Assembly: GCA_041650315.1 (NCBI GenBank)
Contig: JBAZLJ010000002.1
Span: forward strand, 65,599 to 129,598
Source of the DNA: Candidatus Woesearchaeota archaeon
GTDB lineage: Archaea > Nanobdellota > Nanobdellia > Woesearchaeales > JAGVYF01
Length of the DNA: 64,000 nt
Direction of reading: 5' to 3'
A program made the position numbers and the translations under genes. Positions 57,551 through 64,000 of this stretch are shown here, one piece after another. How positions within the stretch are numbered: position 1 is the stretch's first letter; every line of letters begins with the position of its first letter. The notes below the pieces were generated by a model. It saw only the letters and a program-made list of their open reading frames with translations, made no database searches and was not told the origin of the DNA.

Positions 57551-58585
57551 TTAGAAAATGATATTGAAAATGTACGACAGAATCAGGACTTGAGGAACGC
57601 TCACTATTGGCATCCACATTGCAGTTTTCTTGCCGATGGTTGACCAGATCAAGCCAATCTCTGTATAGTCTGTCACTACTCCAGCCATCAGGAAAGTGAA
57701 TACGTTGCCGAAAGCGCCGGTCTGGCGGTATAGTTCGAATGCGATTGGTGAAGAGCCTTCTGAGCAGACTTCGATGATTGTGGCAATAAGTAGGGTTGCT
57801 AATAGGCCTAGTATTGATGGACCAAAGTAGTCCATGAAAATATGAGTCGGAACGTATGCTCTGATGAATGCGGCTATAGTCATGCCAATCATTATCCACC
57901 AGAGAATCATCCTAGTCAATGACCAAGAGCCTTTAGCTATGCCTTTTGCTATTGCTTTAGGCGAATAATCAATCTTTAACGGAGTTTTTCTTGCTTTGAT
58001 CTCTTTTTGGTACTTGTGCTGGTCAAGCATTCCTTTTCGGTCTAATACTTGAAGTATGAGTCCGGTTGTTGTTGCAATGAAAATCGCTGAAATTACGAAA
58101 ACTAGTGCTTTCCAGCCGAAGAAGCTGAATAAGAGCAAAGTTATCGGTAGATTAGCCCAAGGGCTTGCTAATAGGAATGCTATGACTGCTGGAATGGATG
58201 CGCCTTTCTTGTATAATTCCACTGATAATGCCAATATTCCATGACTGCAAGCACTTAACAAGAAACCGAGCATGACTGATATGAATATTGTTTTCTTCTT
58301 TGTTCCGCCTATAAGCTTCATCACGAATTCGTCCGGTACGAGATAATCAATGACTCCCCCGAGGAATAATCCTAACGCTACAGCCCACCAGATGAGCAGG
58401 AAATATTCGATCAACGCTGCTGCGAACGGATTTAGATATGATGTGAATGAACCTATTGCGAATAATGTCAAAGTAACGACACTCACCCAGAATAAGTTCT
58501 CTCTGTAAAAAGGAGTGCCTGGTTTGCAATGTTCGCAAGTCAGAGATTCTTTAGGTTCATGTTCTGGATGATGGACGTGAGACAT
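57551..58585 (-). CDS. permease-like polytopic membrane protein (DUF318/ArsP-like) with N-terminal His/Cys-rich segment
   Basis: 344 aa, 8-10 TM helices, N-terminal HVHHPEHEP...CEHCKPG. Confidence 0.4.
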   Translation of the reverse strand: MSHVHHPEHEPKESLTCEHCKPGTPFYRENLFWVSVVTLTLFAIGSFTSYLNPFAAALIEYFLLIWWAVALGLFLGGVIDYLVPDEFVMKLIGGTKKKTIFISVMLGFLLSACSHGILALSVELYKKGASIPAVIAFLLASPWANLPITLLLFSFFGWKALVFVISAIFIATTTGLILQVLDRKGMLDQHKYQKEIKARKTPLKIDYSPKAIAKGIAKGSWSLTRMILWWIMIGMTIAAFIRAYVPTHIFMDYFGPSILGLLATLLIATIIEVCSEGSSPIAFELYRQTGAFGNVFTFLMAGVVTDYTEIGLIWSTIGKKTAMWMPIVSVPQVLILSYIFNIIF

Positions 58586-58717
58586 ACAGCATTCTTTGGA
58601 AACTGAATTATTTAAAGTTGTTGTTTTACCAATTAACCAACGTAAAACCGAAACGTAACATATATAAATGATAAAATATCTATATTCCTATAAGAAAAAA
58701 GAGGGTGTATCTGTAGC

Positions 58718-59176
58718 ATGATAGAAACGATTACCAGTTTGTTTACTAGTTTATGGTTTTATTCAGCGATACTTCTAGTTGTAATCGTAATATTGGTTGT
58801 GTACAAACTCAAACTATTCAGTAATATGTTCTATAAAGATCATGAGACAGATATCGCTGAAAAGGCATCTGCATTGATCCAAAAAGAAAAGGAATTGAAG
58901 CTTAAAGAGAAAGAAGTCCATAGACAGATTGAATTGCTTTACAAGGATTCCATTGTTGTCGATAACCTGCGTGAGATGATGGACAAGAAGCATTCTACCT
59001 ACAAAGAGTATGAACAGAAAGTAAAAGGGCATCATAAAGAGCTGAAAGATGTCAAAGAAGTATTGTCTACTGTTGACGAACTGCTTGAGAAGCTGCCTGA
59101 AAAGGATATAGAGAAATTCGTGAAATCATCAAAATTCAAGATATATAAGAAAGCTATAGAGAAATATGTGAAATGA
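58718..59176 (+). CDS. membrane-anchored coiled-coil protein
   Basis: N-terminal TM followed by a Lys/Glu-rich coiled coil. Confidence 0.35.
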   Translation: MIETITSLFTSLWFYSAILLVVIVILVVYKLKLFSNMFYKDHETDIAEKASALIQKEKELKLKEKEVHRQIELLYKDSIVVDNLREMMDKKHSTYKEYEQKVKGHHKELKDVKEVLSTVDELLEKLPEKDIEKFVKSSKFKIYKKAIEKYVK

Positions 59177-59177
59177 G

Positions 59178-59567
59178 ATGGCTGCTAAAACCAAATTAAA
59201 AAAATCGCGTAAAGTCCCTTCTAAGAAAGCTAGCAAACCATTATCGAATCATGTATACACCACAAAGATCGACGAGATACTCAGCCTAATACAGAAAGAG
59301 GGGAAGATTTCCCTCGAAGATCTTGCTATTGAGACTGACCTTTCTCTTGAGGAAGTCGAAAACTGGCTCAAGATACTGCAAGGCAAGAATCTTGTCGGCA
59401 TTGAATACCCAGTTATGGGAAAGCCTTACGTTTATGTCATCGGAAAGACGAAACATGAAGAAGTTGACCCGAGCGAAATTGAAACTACTAAGACACGGAA
59501 CATGATAGTGTTTGGAGCTATTGTGTTTGTGCTGATGATGGTAGCTTATTACTTATTTTTCATGTGA
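59178..59567 (+). CDS. hypothetical protein with winged-helix-like segment and C-terminal TM
   Basis: ORF translationally coupled to the downstream ATPase. Confidence 0.35.
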   Translation: MAAKTKLKKSRKVPSKKASKPLSNHVYTTKIDEILSLIQKEGKISLEDLAIETDLSLEEVENWLKILQGKNLVGIEYPVMGKPYVYVIGKTKHEEVDPSEIETTKTRNMIVFGAIVFVLMMVAYYLFFM

Positions 59568-61120
59568 AAATGAAACTAAAAGAATACGAAACTTGCGGAC
59601 AGAAAAAATTGCTTGATTCCTATACTTTAGTGTCTGATAATGTGCCTGTAACTGTCAATATATGGGACTGCAGTGAAGAGAGCATCCCTGTATATGAAAT
59701 AAAGTTCCCTGCAATCGGCGCTGGAACCTCAGCGTTCTTGGACGCTTTACGTGATGAAGTAGCACGAGATATCTCTGTGAAGAACGAGATATTGACTGAC
59801 CCTAAAGTCGCTGCGCGCACTAAATCCGAATACCATCACAAGATTAGGCATATGATAAAAGATAGATTGCCTGGAACTCCGGAAGATCATATCAATCTTT
59901 TCGCAGGAATGACTCTGCATAAGATGTACGGACTTGGCGATATGGAAATAGTCCTTTCTGATAATTTCCTAGAAGAAGTCGCTGTGAATAGCGCGAAGCA
60001 GCCTGTCTCTGTGTACCACAAGAAGCATGGCTGGTGTAAGACAATGCTCTTTGTCGAGAATGAGGAAGAAATCTATAATATCTCTTCATTGATTGGACGT
60101 AATGTCGGCAAAGATATCACTAATCTTAATCCTATGATGGATGCACATCTCCTTTCAGGCGACAGGGTCGCTTCCACGCTATTTCCGATCAGTACTGGCG
60201 GGAACACTATCACAATTAGACGTTTTGCTAGAGTGCCTTGGACTGTGACTCACTTTATCAGTCCGGAATACAAAACTATGTCTGTCGATGTCGCCGCACT
60301 CCTTTGGATGGCTATGCATTACGAACTTAATGTTGTCGTTGCCGGAGGAACTGCTTCTGGTAAAACTTCTGTTTTGAATACCCTCGCTTCATTCATTCCA
60401 CCAACTCAAAGGATTATTTCAGTTGAAGATACTCGCGAGATTAATTTGCCGAAACCATTGCATTGGAACTGGGTTCCTTTGGCAAGCAGGACCCCTAACT
60501 TAGAAGGACAAGGTTCTGTGTCAATGCTTGATTTGATTCAAGCATCTTTACGTATGAGGCCTGACAGAATAGTTGTCGGCGAGATCCGGAAACCTGACCA
60601 GGCAGAAGCTTTATTCGAAGCTATGCACACAGGACACTCTATTTACGCTACTATGCATGCAGATACAGCCCAACAAGTTCAAAGAAGACTGACCGAACCG
60701 CCAATGAATGTACCAGTGGCGGAAGTCTCTTCTTTGCATCTGATATTAGTCCAGTATCGTGATAGACGAACGGGGCGCAGAAGGACTATGGAATTGACTG
60801 AACTGCTTCCGACCTCAGGAGAAACTTCTAAACTTGAGTTGAATCCTCTCTACAGATGGAGACCGAGAGTAGATAAATTCGAAGAAGTCAATAAACCAAC
60901 ACGTCTTTTTGACGAATTGAACCTGCATACAGGCATGACAGTCAAAGAGATTGAAGAGGATCTTGAAGGGAAGAAATCAGTCTTGAACTGGATGATCAAA
61001 AATAAATTGTTCGATATAGATCAAGTTGGAGATGTGTTCAGGATATACTACAAAGAGCCTTCACTACTTCTTAATGCTGTGAAAGAAGGCTGGACTTATG
61101 ATAGATTGGTCGGCAAATGA
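59564..61120 (+). CDS. type II/IV secretion-family ATPase (FlaI/TadA-like) of a second pilus locus
   Basis: Walker A GGTASGKTS, Asp box SVEDTREI and a His box. Confidence 0.7.
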   Translation: MKMKLKEYETCGQKKLLDSYTLVSDNVPVTVNIWDCSEESIPVYEIKFPAIGAGTSAFLDALRDEVARDISVKNEILTDPKVAARTKSEYHHKIRHMIKDRLPGTPEDHINLFAGMTLHKMYGLGDMEIVLSDNFLEEVAVNSAKQPVSVYHKKHGWCKTMLFVENEEEIYNISSLIGRNVGKDITNLNPMMDAHLLSGDRVASTLFPISTGGNTITIRRFARVPWTVTHFISPEYKTMSVDVAALLWMAMHYELNVVVAGGTASGKTSVLNTLASFIPPTQRIISVEDTREINLPKPLHWNWVPLASRTPNLEGQGSVSMLDLIQASLRMRPDRIVVGEIRKPDQAEALFEAMHTGHSIYATMHADTAQQVQRRLTEPPMNVPVAEVSSLHLILVQYRDRRTGRRRTMELTELLPTSGETSKLELNPLYRWRPRVDKFEEVNKPTRLFDELNLHTGMTVKEIEEDLEGKKSVLNWMIKNKLFDIDQVGDVFRIYYKEPSLLLNAVKEGWTYDRLVGK

Positions 61121-62013
61121 AAGACATAAGATTGCCATTCCAGATCTTTGGAATACGGACAACGAATAAGTTGGATTCTGCTTTTTCAGGTATTTTCCAA
61201 CGCGTTGAGAAGTTTGTTCCTGGATTGAAATATGATCTAGTAAAAAGCGATCTTGAGGTTTCACCAACTGAATATGTCGGATTCTGCTTTTTTAATTCGT
61301 TTTTTATGTTCGCTATCGCTTTTGTTTTCTTATTTCCGCTTAGCTTTCTTGTAGCTGGACGTCCTTTGCTTATCTCTTTGGAGATTGGGCTTGGTTCTGC
61401 TTTGTTGATATTTTTTATGATGTTCTATATCTTACTGCGTTATCCTTCAGTCACTGCCGGTAAAATAAGCGAACAGATCGACAAGAATCTTGTGTATGGT
61501 CTGAAGGATTTGCTTCTACAACTTAGTTCAGGAATTCCGTTGTATAACGCTATATCCAACGTAGCTGACGCTAAATACGGACAGATTTCCTATGAGTTCT
61601 CTAAAGTCAGCAAGAATATCAAAACAGGAATGCCTGTTGTTATCGCCTTAGAGAAGATGGCAGTAGAGACTAAATCAAAATTCTTGAAAAGGACTGTGTG
61701 GCAGATGGTCAACTCGATTAAAGCTGGATCTTCTGTTAAAGGCGCTTTACAGTCGGTTATACTAGAATTGATGAATGAGCAACGCAATAGCATAATGAAT
61801 TACGCCAAGGAATTGAATCTATGGACTTTGATTTACATGCTTTTTGCTGTGGCTATACCTTCAATTGGCGGTACGCTGCTGATAGTATTGTCTAGCTTCG
61901 CTGGCGCGGGAATAAGCAAAAGTTCTTTTGTATTGTTTTTATCTCTCGGATTCATTGTACAGATCGGATTGATTGAATTCATAAAATCACGGAGACCGGT
62001 GATCAACATATGA
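61117..62013 (+). CDS. TadB/FlaJ-like platform protein (N-terminal half-type)
   Basis: Polytopic membrane protein coupled to the ATPase. Confidence 0.5.
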   Translation: MKDIRLPFQIFGIRTTNKLDSAFSGIFQRVEKFVPGLKYDLVKSDLEVSPTEYVGFCFFNSFFMFAIAFVFLFPLSFLVAGRPLLISLEIGLGSALLIFFMMFYILLRYPSVTAGKISEQIDKNLVYGLKDLLLQLSSGIPLYNAISNVADAKYGQISYEFSKVSKNIKTGMPVVIALEKMAVETKSKFLKRTVWQMVNSIKAGSSVKGALQSVILELMNEQRNSIMNYAKELNLWTLIYMLFAVAIPSIGGTLLIVLSSFAGAGISKSSFVLFLSLGFIVQIGLIEFIKSRRPVINI

Positions 62014-62978
62014 ATATCTATAAGTTTGTTGCAAACCTGTATCCTAAGAAAGCGCAGATCTATTTGGGCAAATTGCTGAAATCTGCAGGAGATAATTCTC
62101 CGCTTGAATATTGGCTTGGCTCTTATACGTTATTTTCATTTTTAGTTGGTTTCGCTATATTCATATCGTCTTGGACGATTTATGGATATCTCGACTTATA
62201 TTACCTTTTAGTGGGTATTGCTGTATCTCTACTTATCATGTTCTTTGTGCTGATTGTGATATTCTTGAAATTCGAGGATAGGATTGCGCGTATCGATGAA
62301 GTGATTCCGGATATGCTGATGCTTGTCGCATCTAATCTGACTTCGGGACTTACGCCTTACCAAGCATTGAATGTGAGCGCGCGTCCTGAGTTTGGTCCGC
62401 TTTCTGAAGAGATTAAAGTGGTTGTGAAGAAAAGTCACGGGACTGAATCTTTTACGGACTTGCTTCTTCGTATGACTGATAATATTAAATCAGAATCACT
62501 TGATAGGGTAATTAAAATGTTCTCTTCTGCTATGCGTGCCGGCGGGAAACTTGCGCAATTGCTTGAGGATATCGCCGCAGATATGTCTGCGACCAAAGTA
62601 TTGAAGGATGAGCTTGTGACTACTACTAAAACTTATACGACTTTCATTTTGTTTACGATTATTATTGGAAGTCCTTTACTTTTGGGAATATCCATACATT
62701 TCATCAATCTTGTCGCGGATCTGCAGACGAGCACCACTAACAACCCAGGTTATGGGCTGGATTTCCTCGCAGGCGGATTGACTATAACGCCGGAGTATCT
62801 GACTATGGTGTCCATCATCATGCTGATAATCACATCGTTCTTGACAGCTTCATTGCTCGGAGTGATTAAAGAAGGAAACGAGATATACGGACTGCGTTAT
62901 GCTCCACTTTTGTTAGCGGGGACTTTGACGACTTTCTTCATTGTCAGGTATGTGATCAGTGTGTTCTTCGCAGTTTAA
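62010..62978 (+). CDS. TadC/FlaJ-like platform protein
   Basis: Polytopic membrane protein with a T2SS-F-like cytoplasmic domain. Confidence 0.5.
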   Translation: MNIYKFVANLYPKKAQIYLGKLLKSAGDNSPLEYWLGSYTLFSFLVGFAIFISSWTIYGYLDLYYLLVGIAVSLLIMFFVLIVIFLKFEDRIARIDEVIPDMLMLVASNLTSGLTPYQALNVSARPEFGPLSEEIKVVVKKSHGTESFTDLLLRMTDNIKSESLDRVIKMFSSAMRAGGKLAQLLEDIAADMSATKVLKDELVTTTKTYTTFILFTIIIGSPLLLGISIHFINLVADLQTSTTNNPGYGLDFLAGGLTITPEYLTMVSIIMLIITSFLTASLLGVIKEGNEIYGLRYAPLLLAGTLTTFFIVRYVISVFFAV

Positions 62979-62988
62979 AAATAAAAAA

Positions 62989-63351
62989 TTATGCAGCCAT
63001 CTCATTATTTGAGAACATATTTATCGAGAATCTATTGGCTATATGTGGAAATTTTTTCTTGTTCCTCTCAATTATTTTGACTAACCCTATGCCTTCAAGA
63101 TACTTTATGTTCCTGAATACCACTTCATAAGGCTTATTCAATTCTTTAGCCAATTGATATATATTCTTGACATTATTCTTATATACCTTCTGAAGCAATT
63201 TTATTCTTTCAGGACTGAACACTTTGTTGAAAATCTCGGGAGTCATGATTATGTCGGATTCAGGCTTAGTCAATCTGCCTTTCTTCATCTTTTCATTAAT
63301 CTCTTCATTGTACTTCTTAATAGATTCCACAATTTTTATCTCGTGCACCAT
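62989..63351 (-). CDS. winged-helix transcriptional regulator-like protein
   Basis: IYQLAKELNKPYEVVFRNIKYLEGIGLV helix-turn-helix. Confidence 0.4.
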   Translation of the reverse strand: MVHEIKIVESIKKYNEEINEKMKKGRLTKPESDIIMTPEIFNKVFSPERIKLLQKVYKNNVKNIYQLAKELNKPYEVVFRNIKYLEGIGLVKIIERNKKKFPHIANRFSINMFSNNEMAA

Positions 63352-63361
63352 TTTATTACCT

Positions 63362-63691
63362 CTATTCGAATTCTATAATCCTCTTGAATCTCTCTTTCAA
63401 TAGGCGTTTGCTTACCTCTTTGATGACTTTCTCAGCATCATGGAAAGAGACATCTATTCTCTTGACTTTCCTTACCTTGTATACATGTATATGACAGCCA
63501 TATTGCGATTCGTGAGGATAATTATCAATCCGGCATAGCTCGATCCATTCTGAACCATTGAAATAAAGCATCTGCAATGCCCATTTGAACATCTCAGGAA
63601 ATTCCTTAGGGACTTCCATCTTGCTTAGATTCTTCACTAATCTGACATCAACATCGTACATCTCTTCGAAGCCGTCAAATATCAATTTCAT
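63362..63691 (-). CDS. hypothetical protein, co-operonic with the wHTH gene
   Basis: ORF. Confidence 0.3.
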   Translation of the reverse strand: MKLIFDGFEEMYDVDVRLVKNLSKMEVPKEFPEMFKWALQMLYFNGSEWIELCRIDNYPHESQYGCHIHVYKVRKVKRIDVSFHDAEKVIKEVSKRLLKERFKRIIEFE

Positions 63692-63793
63692 GGCGTTCTA
63701 CTATATGACTTACCAAGTCATATATATAAACTTTTCTATCATCTATTGCCTTTATAATAACATTTATAAATCTATATTGAGTACTCAACACCT

Positions 63794-64000
63794 ATGGAAG
63801 ACATGCGCAAGATAGCAGACTCACTGCATCCTTTAGAGAGGAAAGTATTGCCTCTTATTAAGAAACATGACAGGCTTTCTTCGCTAATTACTGCATCTGG
63901 ACTTGCTGATGCGGCTGTTATGAGAGCTTTGCAATGGTTGGCGAACAAATCTTTAGTTGTATCTAAAGAAGATTTCTTGAAGCGCGTTGAATTGGATAAG
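63794..64000 (+). CDS. pheS: phenylalanyl-tRNA synthetase alpha subunit, N-terminal part (runs off window end)
   Basis: N-terminal winged-helix region ...LHPLERKVLPLIKKH...AAVMRALQWLANKSLV typical of archaeal PheRS alpha. Confidence 0.45.
   Translation, partial: MEDMRKIADSLHPLERKVLPLIKKHDRLSSLITASGLADAAVMRALQWLANKSLVVSKEDFLKRVELDK

Noticed and set aside
1-64000. CRISPR array / cas genes
   Set aside because: No regularly spaced short repeats with unique spacers were seen on either strand. The direct repeats found here are single pairs (att-like), not arrays.

Overview
This looks like a low-GC (~38%) archaeal chromosomal segment: the tRNAs lack encoded CCA and one probably carries an intron, the aminoacyl-tRNA synthetases are archaeal-type, and the window also encodes archaeosine TGT, HerA-Mre11, FtsZ and FlaI/FlaJ-like pilus genes. 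The lineage cannot be determined from this window. Host genes cover 1-28.9 kb and 53.4-64 kb. They include glyS, aspS, tRNA-Phe, two type-IV-pilus-like loci, translin, archaeosine tgt, herA-mre11, hypA and a maturation protease beside a two-subunit [NiFe] hydrogenase, a Glu/Leu-type dehydrogenase, ftsZ, a LAGLIDADG endonuclease, and the start of pheS. The centre of the window (about 28.9-53.4 kb) is a probable integrative conjugative element. A tyrosine integrase sits beside tRNA-Thr(GGU), and the 3'-terminal 15 nt of that tRNA is repeated exactly at 28899-28913. Between these points lie VirB2/VirB6/VirB4-like transfer genes, three ribbon-helix-helix regulators, and an AT-rich cargo island. 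The island carries an ArdA anti-restriction gene and a four-gene operon: a PLD-nuclease/SNF2-helicase fusion, a gamma-class N6-adenine methyltransferase with a recognition domain, and two small unknown proteins. This resembles a split Type ISP restriction system with an unusual nuclease, and it is my main candidate for an undescribed defence system. The island also holds a two-gene module with a putative PD-(D/E)xK nuclease and a HAD / B12-radical-SAM / nucleoside-deoxyribosyltransferase-like cluster. Outside the element, two families of repeated, apparently structured intergenic elements of about 100-125 nt are present (three and two copies). Several tRNA-end duplications typical of att-site remnants also occur. 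No CRISPR array was seen.
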